DNA of 32,000 bases from Mucisphaera calidilacus (GCF_007748075.1 NZ_CP036280.1:2130001-2162000); one strand, 5' to 3'. Numbered from the stretch's first letter, positions 1-8,308 are shown. Notes: generated by a model not told the origin, from the sequence alone. Translations and numbers: made by a program.

Positions 1-1121
1 GCCTGGTCCTCGGTGACGCGCTGGATCATCACGCTGTCCCCGCCCGAGAAGAAGGAGCCGAAGAACTTGCCCGAGGCGTCGTCGCCGTCGAACGCCGCGA
101 TGCCCTCGTTGCTCGGTGTCGACTGCGGGAAGGCGTTGCTGAATGCCTTCCAGCCGCCGGTGAAGTTCCCTTCGTCGGGCACACCGAACTCCGGGCCGGG
201 GTCGGGTGTGAAACTTGAGTCGATCAGGAGGTTGTCGCCACGCACGGTCGTCGAGAGATTGCTGTCGAAGGCCGCTGCCTTCTCGGTCACCTTGATGTAA
301 TCGATGTTGGCGTCAATAGCCTGATTCTGCGCCTCCACCGAGGTGGGCTGCAGGCTGGCGTCGTACGCCTCACTGAATCCGGCGTCGGTTGCCCAGATGT
401 TCGCGCGGAGCGTCATCGGATCGTCGGGGACGTTCTCCGTCTCGGTGCGCACGAGCACGTCATCGACGTACCAGTCAACACGATCACGATGCCAATCGAC
501 TCGGTAGGTGTGGTAGGCGCCCAGGTCGGACACGGGTGTCACGAAAGCACCGTCGCCGGTCACGCCGTTGAAGCCTTCTTCGGAATAGATGTTGGTGAAG
601 GGGCGATCCTGACCGGAGACCAGTTCGTTGGTGAGCAGTTCGAAGTCGATCTCGTCGCGGACCGGCTCGTTACTGCTGTCCGAACGGGTCACGTCGTAGG
701 TGAACAGGCCGTTGACGATGCCGCCGACGCCAGCGGGCACGGTGCTCTCGTCGATGCGGGACCGCCACTCGAAGCTCACGCCGCCGCCACGCGCGAAGAC
801 GCGTTTGGAGATCATCTCGTGACCGTGGAAGGCCTCGCCCGGGTCATCGGGGAAGTAGGTATCGAGGGTGAGGGTCGCGTGGCCGTTCTCCTGCTGCGGG
901 GTATTCGCGGCGGGATCGACCTTGGCCTGCGTGCGGCCATAGAACGCGGCCGGCCCGTCGGCGGGCAGACGCCAGTCTTCGTAGGCGACATTGCCCGAGC
1001 CGTTGAACTGATCGTCGAGCAGGACCTGCGGCGCATCGGCGATGGCCAAGGCGGGCAGGCAGCCGAGAAGCGTAAGGGTGAGCAGCGAGCGCGTGGTGTG
1101 TGGATTGTGGGACGCAAGCAT
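1..1121 (-). CDS. Secreted GH16-family beta-glucanase (EIDFE-type active site) with a C-terminal CBM4/9-like module; the 3' end runs off the left edge of the window
   Basis: This ORF is absent from the ORF track because it is open at the window edge. I translated the minus frame by hand from the ATG at 1119-1121. It begins MLASHNPHTTRSLLTLTLLGCLPALAIADAP, which looks like a signal peptide. It contains RDEIDFELLTN, the GH16 ExDxE catalytic motif, with EIDFE at 639-653. It then continues with NLLIDSSFTPDP...GGWKAF, a CBM4/9-like start. I saw no stop codon down to position 3. Confidence 0.8.
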   Translation of the reverse strand, partial: MLASHNPHTTRSLLTLTLLGCLPALAIADAPQVLLDDQFNGSGNVAYEDWRLPADGPAAFYGRTQAKVDPAANTPQQENGHATLTLDTYFPDDPGEAFHGHEMISKRVFARGGGVSFEWRSRIDESTVPAGVGGIVNGLFTYDVTRSDSSNEPVRDEIDFELLTNELVSGQDRPFTNIYSEEGFNGVTGDGAFVTPVSDLGAYHTYRVDWHRDRVDWYVDDVLVRTETENVPDDPMTLRANIWATDAGFSEAYDASLQPTSVEAQNQAIDANIDYIKVTEKAAAFDSNLSTTVRGDNLLIDSSFTPDPGPEFGVPDEGNFTGGWKAFSNAFPQSTPSNEGIAAFDGDDASGKFFGSFFSGGDSVMIQRVTEDQ

Positions 1122-1191
1122 CTCTGTAACCTTTCGGATAATCCGATATTGCTGACACTGTGAAGAACGTAAGAACAGGGTCTTAAACGCT

Positions 1192-1215
1192 CCGTGCCCC
1201 CTCGCGAGGGCACGG
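1192..1215 (-). terminator. Possible hairpin terminator after the CBM/PEP-CTERM gene
   Basis: The stem is CCGTGCCC/GGGCACGG (8 bp) around an 8-nt loop, located 19 nt downstream of the stop at 1234. The trailing T-tract on the minus strand is only weak (GAGCGTTTAAG). Confidence 0.3.
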
Positions 1216-1233
1216 GACGTGATGGAGTTGTCT

Positions 1234-1914
1234 TCAGCGGCGGCGAATCAGGGCCGCGCCACCAAGAGCCAGCAAGCCTGCGCTGGCCGGTTCGGGGACA
1301 ATGGCGAACGATGCGGCGTCAACACCCACCTGGATGTTGGCGAAGTTGCCGTCGTTGGTGAAGCTCTGGACGGCGAGGACGACCTTGGCGTTCACGGCGT
1401 CGTCCGGGGCCACGGTTTCGTTGGTGTACTTGGCCCAGTCGCCGGTGAGTTGATCCTGCAACTCGATGTTGTTGCGGCTGATCTCGCCGCCAACCGCGTT
1501 GATCCACTCGATGCGGAACTCGAAGACGTTGCCGTCATTGACGAATTCACGGGCCCAGATCGAGAAGGCGTAGAGCTCGCCGCCGACGATGCCGGAGACG
1601 TCCTGAACGTGGCCAGCGAAGGCATCAAAACCCGGCGTCACATCGCCCGCAGCGGGGTTGTTGTTACCGGCGATCCGCAGTAAGAGAGCCTTGTCGCCCT
1701 CGAAGACCTCTGTAGCGGGGAGTTGATCGTTGAAGGCGGCGAGTTGCGTTCCGGGAGGGCCTCCGAAGAAGCCGTTCCAGTTGGTGATGTCGGCGAAGTC
1801 GAAGCCGAGATCGCTTTCGAAACCGGGGTTGTTCAGCATGTTCGCTGAGGCGGCCGACGACAGGCCCGCGAGGGCGACGGCGGCAACAAGGGTAAGGGTG
1901 CTGGTTCTCATCAT
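1234..1914 (-). CDS. Secreted CBM4/9-like carbohydrate-binding module protein with a PEP-CTERM sorting tail
   Basis: This is ORF 1234..1977. I prefer the start at MMRTSTLTLVAAVALAGLSSAASA (1914), which is preceded by GGGAGGAAAAAGAATC (a GGAGG ribosome-binding site). The sequence NMLNNPGFESD resembles a CBM_4_9 start. The C-terminus VPEPASAGLLALGGAALIRRR has the PEP motif, a TM helix and a basic tail. Confidence 0.8.
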   Translation of the reverse strand: MMRTSTLTLVAAVALAGLSSAASANMLNNPGFESDLGFDFADITNWNGFFGGPPGTQLAAFNDQLPATEVFEGDKALLLRIAGNNNPAAGDVTPGFDAFAGHVQDVSGIVGGELYAFSIWAREFVNDGNVFEFRIEWINAVGGEISRNNIELQDQLTGDWAKYTNETVAPDDAVNAKVVLAVQSFTNDGNFANIQVGVDAASFAIVPEPASAGLLALGGAALIRRR

Positions 1915-2017
1915 GATTCTTTTTCCTCCCTGTGCTGGGGCGTCTACGAGACGCTGAAACGGTGTGAATGGGGACATGAACGAGTCACGAAATCACTTGA
2001 TACTTGACTCAACAATA

Positions 2018-3031
2018 CTAGGCCGCGGGTACCGCCGCGGTCGTGCCATTAACCTCAAACCACGCACGGAGCGATTGACCGACGGGTGCCGTGTCGCGGA
2101 TATTCGCGGGCGAGTTGACCAGATCGCTGAGCAACTCGAGCGATACCTTGCCCAGACGCTTGGCGTCCTGGCATACCGCCGACATCTTGGGATAAATCGA
2201 AGATCGCAATTCCGCGTCATCGAAGCCGATCAGCGACAGATGACGCGGTATATCCAGCCCCATGGCCCGTGCCTCGTTCATCGCGCCCAGGCTGGTAAAG
2301 GGGTCGGTGATGAAAATCGCTGTGGGTCGATCCGCCATCGTCATGATCCGGCGGATCAGCTGGCTGCCGCCTTCGAGGTGCGCGGGCGTCTGGATGACCA
2401 GGCGAGGGTCGATCGTCAGGCCGGCGTCGCTGAGCGCCTGCTTGTAGCCCTCGATGCGGTCGCGGTGGTCGGTGTCCTCGACGACGTTGGTCGCGAGCGC
2501 GATGCGTGTGTGGCCCAACTCGATCAAGTGCTCCACGGCTTCGCGGCTGGCGTCGCGCGATTCGTAATCGACGTAGCGGACGTGCTCCCCCTCGAAACGA
2601 TCGCCGACCACGACGGCGGGGAAACCCTCGTCGGCGAGCGACTCGCAGTAATGACGCGTGGACTCGGTGGTCCGCACCACCACGCCGGAGACGCCCTTAC
2701 GCATAAAAAGCTGCGTCAGCGTCTCGCCGGTCTGTCGGGCCTGCCGGGCGTTGAGGACCATCAGGTCAAGTTCGTGCTGCTCCAGCGTCTCGAAAATGCC
2801 CTGGATGATCGAGGCGTCGTAGGGCGAGTCGAGGGTGGTCACGTCGGTATAGACGTAAGCAACGTTCCCGGTCGAGCGACGACCAACGGTGGGAACGTAC
2901 CGCGATTCGTTGGCAACCATGAGGACCTTCTGACGGGCTTCATCGCTGACGCGGGGGTGGTTGTTCAGGACGCGCGAGACGGTCGCCGTGGAAACCCCGG
3001 CCCGCTTCGCGATGTCTCTGACTGATGCCAT
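2018..3031 (-). CDS. LacI-family transcriptional regulator
   Basis: The N-terminal helix-turn-helix is MASVRDIAKRAGVSTATVSRVLNNHPRVSDEARQKV. The rest looks like a periplasmic-binding-protein-like sugar sensor domain. Total length is 337 aa. Confidence 0.9.
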   Translation of the reverse strand: MASVRDIAKRAGVSTATVSRVLNNHPRVSDEARQKVLMVANESRYVPTVGRRSTGNVAYVYTDVTTLDSPYDASIIQGIFETLEQHELDLMVLNARQARQTGETLTQLFMRKGVSGVVVRTTESTRHYCESLADEGFPAVVVGDRFEGEHVRYVDYESRDASREAVEHLIELGHTRIALATNVVEDTDHRDRIEGYKQALSDAGLTIDPRLVIQTPAHLEGGSQLIRRIMTMADRPTAIFITDPFTSLGAMNEARAMGLDIPRHLSLIGFDDAELRSSIYPKMSAVCQDAKRLGKVSLELLSDLVNSPANIRDTAPVGQSLRAWFEVNGTTAAVPAA

Positions 3032-3078
3032 GCTTGGTTACCTGCGTGGAAAAATGATGCGTGCAACTGATTCGTTCA

Positions 3079-3222
3079 TGTAACATATCACACACGGCAA
3101 CGATGTCAATTTGTAACACATAGATTTTTTTGGCGATTTATTCGGCTTTTTATGGATCTGAATCGTGTAACACCATGTAACAATGTATTCTCTCAACTAA
3201 GAGTTCTCCGCTGACCGTTACA
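3079..3222. promoter_or_regulatory. AT-rich divergent control region carrying four direct TGTAACA heptamers and one inverted TGTAAC copy (candidate operator or promoter elements)
   Basis: TGTAACA occurs at 3079-3085, 3112-3118, 3166-3172 and 3176-3182. GTTACA (the inverted copy) occurs at 3217-3222. All lie between the divergent LacI gene and the 1163-aa gene. Confidence 0.5.
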
Positions 3223-3230
3223 GCGTTCTG

Positions 3231-6200
3231 TTGTTCCGGATATCCGCTTCACCCGCTCCGAGTCTCACCATGACCTCCACCCTGCACCGTGACCCGGCCA
3301 CGACATCCGCGACTGCCACAGCGACCTTCGAGCGCGAAGGCCTCTGCAAGCTGGACGGTCTTGATGCCTACGCGATCCCGGACTTTGACCGCCTTCCGCC
3401 CTTTCTGATCAGCCTGCTGAGCGAGGGCGACGTCTGGTGCTATATCTCGAGTCGTTTCGGCCTAACCGCGGGCCGTATCGAGCCCGCCAACTGCCTGTTC
3501 CCCTACTGCACCGACAACGAGCTGCACCTGGTCCACCCGCACACCGGCCCCATCACGACCGGGCACGTGCACCGTGCCGGCCAGCCGCCACGCTTATGGT
3601 CGCCGCTCCGGGACGCGCCTCGCCCCGCCAGCCGACGACGGTTGATCAAGACCGTTCTGGGTGATCGCCTGCTGGCCGAGGAGATCCAAGAAGATCTAGC
3701 CCTGCGTTACTCGATGCGGCTCGCACCGACCGCGACACTCGGCCTTATCCGCACCGTCACCATCGAGAACCTCTCCGCCGGCGACGCGGTGCGGCTTGAC
3801 CTGATGGACGGCTACCTCGGCCTGCTGCCATCGGGCTTCGCGCTGCCGATCCTGAAGAACGGCAGCTGCCTTGTGGATGCCTACACGCAGGCTGAGGTTG
3901 ATCCGGAGACCGGCCTGGCGATCTTCGCCCAGACCGCCGGCATCGTAGACACGCCCAAGCCCTCGGAATCGCTCTACGCCAACATCGCGTGGTCGACGGG
4001 TGCTACGGCTGCGTCCGTCACCCTTGATCACGACCACCTGACGTCGTTCCGCCGCGGCAAGGAACCGGCCAGCACGCGTCTGCTTCAGGGCCGGCGGGGT
4101 GCCTACCTCGTACACCGCCCGATCGATCTGGCCCCGGGTCAGTCCATCGTGTGGCACGTCGTGCTCGACGCGCGGCGCACGCAGACCCAGACCGCGGACG
4201 CTATCACTCGCCTCCACAAGCCAGAGCGGATCACAGAGTTGATCGAGCGATCGCTCACGAGCACCAGCAAGGCCCTGAAGGCCAACGTCGGCAGCACGGA
4301 CGCGTGGCAGGTCACCGGGAGTCCACGCGCTGCGCTGCACCACGCCGCCAATGTTCTGTTCAACAATGCCCGAGGCGGCGTGCCCAACGATGGCTACAAG
4401 GCGCCCCGACACGACGTGCTCGATTTCATCAGCACACGCAACCACGCGGCAGGCCCGGGCTTCGAACGGCTGCTTGGTGACCGGGGGAGCGACGTCGACG
4501 TCCTCGAAATGAAGCGACGCGCCCACGCCGCGGGCAACGCCAGCCTCGCGCGGCTCGCCGACGAGTACCTGCCACTGACTTTCGGCCGGCGTCACGGCGA
4601 CCCGAGTCGTCCCTGGAACCAGTTTGCCATCCGTGTTGCTGACGATCAGGGCAACCCCGTTCTGAATCATCAGGGCAACTGGCGCGACATCTTCCAGAAC
4701 TGGGAAGCGATGACACTGAGCTTCCCCGGCTACCTGCGCTCGATCATCTCCAAGTTCCTCAACGCCACGACCATCGACGGCTTCAACCCCTATCGCATCA
4801 CCCGCGACGGCATCGACTGGGAGCGTCCCAACCCGGATGACCCCTGGGCCCACATCGGCTACTGGGGCGATCACCAGCTCATCTATCTGGTCCGTCTGCT
4901 CGAACAACTCGCGGTGCACGATCCTCATCAACTCGCCGCCATGGCGCGCACCGACTGCTACGCCTTCGCCGACGTGCCCTATCGGCTCGTGACCTACGAC
5001 CGCATCGTCGCCAACCCGCGCGAGACCATTGAGTTCGATGCCGAGCATGACCGAGCGATCGAGCGACGCGTCAAGAGCATGGGAACCGACGCACGCCTGC
5101 TCGGCGACGAACGTGGCGGGATCCTCCACGCCGGGCTCATCGAGAAACTGCTCATTCCGATGCTGAGCAAGCTCTCGGCCCTCGTGCCGGATGGCGGCAT
5201 CTGGATGAACACCCAGCGACCCGAATGGAACGACGCCAACAACGCGCTTGCCGGCTACGGGCTCTCCGTGGTCACCCTCGCCTACCTCCACCGCTACGCG
5301 CGGTTCCTGCGGAAGCTCGTTGAGACGCTTGGCGACGCTCCGATCACGATGAGTCAGCCCCTGGATGCCTGGTTGACGGAGGTCAGCACGAGCCTCGCGG
5401 GGCTAGGCGGGCGCGTAGCCGCGGGTCTCTCCCCAACCGAGCGACGCGCGGTCATGGATCGACTGGGGCGCAGCTTCGAGACCTATCACACCGCGATCAA
5501 CCAGCATGGCCGCGGCGACAGTAAGACCGTCGATCACGCCCGGGTCATCGAGCTGCTCGACCACGCTCTCGACGCGAGCGAACAAGGCCTGCGTGCCAAC
5601 CTCCGCGAGGACGGGCTGATCCACAGCTACAACACACTCCGTCTCGCTGATCACAGCGCGGCGGTCGAACGACTTCCGCTGATGCTCGAGGGCCAGGTGG
5701 CGGCCCTCTCGTCGGGCATCTTCACACCCGATGAGTGCGCTTCGATGCTCGACGTGCTCTTCGCGTCCGATCTCTACCGTGAGGATCAACAGAGCTTCAT
5801 TCTCTATCCACGCCGGACGATGCCCGGCTTCCTCGACAAGGGACGCATCCCGCAGGAAGTCGTGGACGCTACCCCCCTGCTCACGAAACTCGCCCAAGCC
5901 AAGGCGAACTCACTCGTCGAGGCAGACGCCACGGGCACCCTACGTTTCGCCTCCGGACTCGAGAACCACGAAGCCCTCGACCGGGCCATCGACCGACACG
6001 GCTCGCTCTCAACCGAACAACGCGAATCCCTGCACACGGTCTACGAAGGAATCTTCAACCACCACGCCTACACCGGCCGCTCCGGCAGCATGTTCGCTTA
6101 CGAGGGCAACGGCAGCATCTACTGGCACATGGTCTCGAAGCTCCTGCTCGCTGTTCAGGAAGTGCAGATCGCTTCCGAGGATGGCGGTTCCTCGCCCGAA

Positions 6201-6722
6201 ACCAGCCGACGCCTCCGAGCGCACTACGACCGTGTGCGACACGGCATCGGGTTCAACAAGACGGCTTCTGAATACGGCGCTTTCCCGCTCGATCCCTACT
6301 CCCACACGCCACACGGCCGGGGCGCTCAGCAGCCGGGCATGACCGGCCAGGTGAAGGAGGAGATCATCACTCGGCGTGCCGAACTCGGCATCTTCGTGGA
6401 TCGAGGACGCTATCGCTTCGCCCCCGAGAAGGTTCGGTCTGATGAGTGGCTGGATGCCGACACGAGCGTCGCACTCGATACAACCAACGGGATCATCGAA
6501 CGCGAACTCTCCCCCGGGTCACTCGCCTTGACTCTCTGCCAGACGCCGGTCATCTACACCCAGGCCGAAGTTGATGAACCCCTGATCGAGATCCATGCTT
6601 CCGACCAGAGCACCAGGCAGCAGCCGGGGCTTACGCTTTCAGCCGACGACAGCCGGGCCGTCCAGAATCGCGACGGCAGCATCAGGCTCATCATCGTGAA
6701 AACGCCACCACTGAATACCTGA
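3231..6722 (+). CDS. Large cytoplasmic (alpha/alpha)6-type glycoside phosphorylase/hydrolase-like protein; candidate beta-glucan or oligosaccharide phosphorylase of the GH94/GH149/GH161 clan, family unassigned
   Basis: This is a 1163-aa ORF with a TTG start at 3231. An alternative ATG at 3270 begins MTSTLHRD. There is no signal peptide. The motifs GNWRDIFQNW (R485), RPEWNDANNAL (E665) and QPGMTGQ resemble, from memory, the GH94-clan G-x-RD-x-x-QD, DWND and phosphate-site T-G signatures. The gene is flanked by GH16 genes and LacI. Confidence 0.85.
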   Translation: MFRISASPAPSLTMTSTLHRDPATTSATATATFEREGLCKLDGLDAYAIPDFDRLPPFLISLLSEGDVWCYISSRFGLTAGRIEPANCLFPYCTDNELHLVHPHTGPITTGHVHRAGQPPRLWSPLRDAPRPASRRRLIKTVLGDRLLAEEIQEDLALRYSMRLAPTATLGLIRTVTIENLSAGDAVRLDLMDGYLGLLPSGFALPILKNGSCLVDAYTQAEVDPETGLAIFAQTAGIVDTPKPSESLYANIAWSTGATAASVTLDHDHLTSFRRGKEPASTRLLQGRRGAYLVHRPIDLAPGQSIVWHVVLDARRTQTQTADAITRLHKPERITELIERSLTSTSKALKANVGSTDAWQVTGSPRAALHHAANVLFNNARGGVPNDGYKAPRHDVLDFISTRNHAAGPGFERLLGDRGSDVDVLEMKRRAHAAGNASLARLADEYLPLTFGRRHGDPSRPWNQFAIRVADDQGNPVLNHQGNWRDIFQNWEAMTLSFPGYLRSIISKFLNATTIDGFNPYRITRDGIDWERPNPDDPWAHIGYWGDHQLIYLVRLLEQLAVHDPHQLAAMARTDCYAFADVPYRLVTYDRIVANPRETIEFDAEHDRAIERRVKSMGTDARLLGDERGGILHAGLIEKLLIPMLSKLSALVPDGGIWMNTQRPEWNDANNALAGYGLSVVTLAYLHRYARFLRKLVETLGDAPITMSQPLDAWLTEVSTSLAGLGGRVAAGLSPTERRAVMDRLGRSFETYHTAINQHGRGDSKTVDHARVIELLDHALDASEQGLRANLREDGLIHSYNTLRLADHSAAVERLPLMLEGQVAALSSGIFTPDECASMLDVLFASDLYREDQQSFILYPRRTMPGFLDKGRIPQEVVDATPLLTKLAQAKANSLVEADATGTLRFASGLENHEALDRAIDRHGSLSTEQRESLHTVYEGIFNHHAYTGRSGSMFAYEGNGSIYWHMVSKLLLAVQEVQIASEDGGSSPETSRRLRAHYDRVRHGIGFNKTASEYGAFPLDPYSHTPHGRGAQQPGMTGQVKEEIITRRAELGIFVDRGRYRFAPEKVRSDEWLDADTSVALDTTNGIIERELSPGSLALTLCQTPVIYTQAEVDEPLIEIHASDQSTRQQPGLTLSADDSRAVQNRDGSIRLIIVKTPPLNT

Positions 6723-6769
6723 TAGTCGCCCGCACGGCCCGAGACATCCGTACCCGCAAAGGCTTTCCC

Positions 6770-8308
6770 ATGTTGCGCATCACACCGCCCCTCCTGCTAC
6801 TCGGCCTCTCCTGCTCGGTGGCCGCCGCCAACGGTCTTGATCGTGAGGGTTTCAACTTCCTCTGGGAAGACCACTTCAACGGTAACAGCCTCGACACCGC
6901 ACGCTGGGAGGCCATCAACCGCCGCGACAGCTACAACAACGAAAAGCAGTACTACCACCCCGACCAGGTGGCGGTCGACAACGGCAATCTCGTCATCACG
7001 ACGACCGACGAGCCGCTCGCCGGCAAGGACTACCGCTCGGGGCTCGTGCGCACCCACACGGAACAGGCGTACGGCCGCTGGGAGGTCCGCGCCGACCTGC
7101 CGACCACCCAAGGCATGTGGCCCGCCATCTGGCTGCTGCCCGACTCCAAGCCATGGCCATCGGGCGGGGAGATCGACATCATGGAAAACCGCGGCAGCGA
7201 GCCGTGGAAGGTCTCCAGCGCCTATCACTGGGGCCCGAGCTGGCCCAGCAACTTCGTCTACGACAGCACCTACGCCACCGGCACGAGTTATCACGACGGC
7301 TTCCACACCTACGCCGTCGAGTGGGAACCCGACCAGATCCGCTACTACGTCGACGACCAGCTCCACTTCACCGTCAACGACTACACCGCGCCGATCTCCA
7401 GCACGCCGATGCACCTGATCATCAACCTCGCCATCGGCGGGGACTATGGCGGCGACCCCAACCACACCACCAGCTTTCCGCAGACGATGGAAGTCGACTA
7501 CGTCCGCGTCTGGGAACTCGACCAGCCCGAACGACCGCCAGCCGTCGCCGAGCAGAACCTGATGCCCGGCAGCACCTTCGAGGCCGAGGACGGTGGGCTT
7601 GATAACTGGCACCCCTTCGGCAGCGAAGCCAGCGTCGGCCTCACCACCGACCACGCTCACCTCGGCGATCAGTCGCTGCGCATCACCGGCTCGGGCGGCG
7701 GCGGAACCAGCTACTCGGGCGTCGCGCAGGGCAGTTATCAGGTGGAACCGGGCCAGAAGATCCGTGTCTCCTCCCACGCCATGATCCCGAGCCTGGACAG
7801 CCTCATCGGCACCGACAACTTCGTCACGATGAAGCTCGAGTTCTACAGCGTCCTCGGGGGCCAATTCTTCTCCGAGGACATGATCTCCTTCATCGAGACC
7901 ACCATCGCCAGCAGCACCAGCGACCTCGACACCTGGTTGCTCAACACCCTCGAAGCCACCGTTCCCGAAGGCGCCGTCGAGACGCGCCTCGCCTTCGTCT
8001 TCGTCCAGAACGACGGTGCGCCCGGAACGGTCTACATCGACGACGCGACCCTTCAGGTCCTCCGCGACGCCGACCCCGGCGACGCCAACGCCGACGGAGA
8101 AGTCAACCTCCTCGACCTCTCCGCACTTGCCAGCAACTTCGGCGGCACCGGCGCATGGGTCCAAGGCGACTTCAACGCCGACGGCAACGTCGACCTGCTC
8201 GACCTCTCCCTCCTCGCCTCGGGCTTCAACACCGACGCCGTCCCCACCCCCGGCAGCGCGATGCTCCTGCTCGCGTCATTCGCCGGCGTCTCAAGACGCT
8301 CGCTCTGA
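6770..8308 (+). CDS. Secreted GH16 laminarinase-type beta-1,3(4)-glucanase with CBM4/9-like module, dockerin-like repeat pair and variant PEP-CTERM tail
   Basis: The signal peptide is MLRITPPLLLLGLSCSVAAANG. The sequence WPAIWLLP...GGEIDIMENRG carries the catalytic EIDIME motif at 7169-7186. NLMPGSTFEAEDGGLDNW resembles a CBM start. The dockerin-like pair is DANADGEVNLLDLSALASNFG...GDFNADGNVDLLDLSLLASGF. The tail is VPTPGSAMLLLASFAGVSRRSL. Confidence 0.9.
   Translation: MLRITPPLLLLGLSCSVAAANGLDREGFNFLWEDHFNGNSLDTARWEAINRRDSYNNEKQYYHPDQVAVDNGNLVITTTDEPLAGKDYRSGLVRTHTEQAYGRWEVRADLPTTQGMWPAIWLLPDSKPWPSGGEIDIMENRGSEPWKVSSAYHWGPSWPSNFVYDSTYATGTSYHDGFHTYAVEWEPDQIRYYVDDQLHFTVNDYTAPISSTPMHLIINLAIGGDYGGDPNHTTSFPQTMEVDYVRVWELDQPERPPAVAEQNLMPGSTFEAEDGGLDNWHPFGSEASVGLTTDHAHLGDQSLRITGSGGGGTSYSGVAQGSYQVEPGQKIRVSSHAMIPSLDSLIGTDNFVTMKLEFYSVLGGQFFSEDMISFIETTIASSTSDLDTWLLNTLEATVPEGAVETRLAFVFVQNDGAPGTVYIDDATLQVLRDADPGDANADGEVNLLDLSALASNFGGTGAWVQGDFNADGNVDLLDLSLLASGFNTDAVPTPGSAMLLLASFAGVSRRSL
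8081..8305 (+). other. Dockerin-like EF-hand repeat pair (8081-8230) plus PEP-CTERM-like tail (8241-8305) within the GH16 CDS
   Basis: Two D-x-N-x-D-G-x-V-(N/D)-LLDL repeats are followed by VPTPGS, a hydrophobic helix and RRS. Confidence 0.7.

Noticed and set aside
3696-5291. A 531-aa ORF antisense to the 1163-aa gene, plus smaller nested ORFs at 4139-4387, 4151-4480 and 4429-4716.
   Set aside because: It is a typical high-GC shadow ORF. Its composition is Arg/Gly/Val/Asp-rich and low in complexity, it has no recognisable motif, and it lies entirely inside a gene with clear motifs and GC3 bias in the sense frame.
6797-8164. A 455-aa antisense ORF across the GH16 gene. Similar long antisense or off-frame ORFs lie at 8736-10130, 10347-11627, 11287-12516 and 12837-13859.
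   Set aside because: Each is opposite a CDS with strong family motifs (GH16, Y-family polymerase, metallophosphoesterase, LamG, MBOAT). The translations are Gly/Asp/Val/Ala-rich with no domain signature. This is an artefact of stop-codon paucity in GC-rich DNA.
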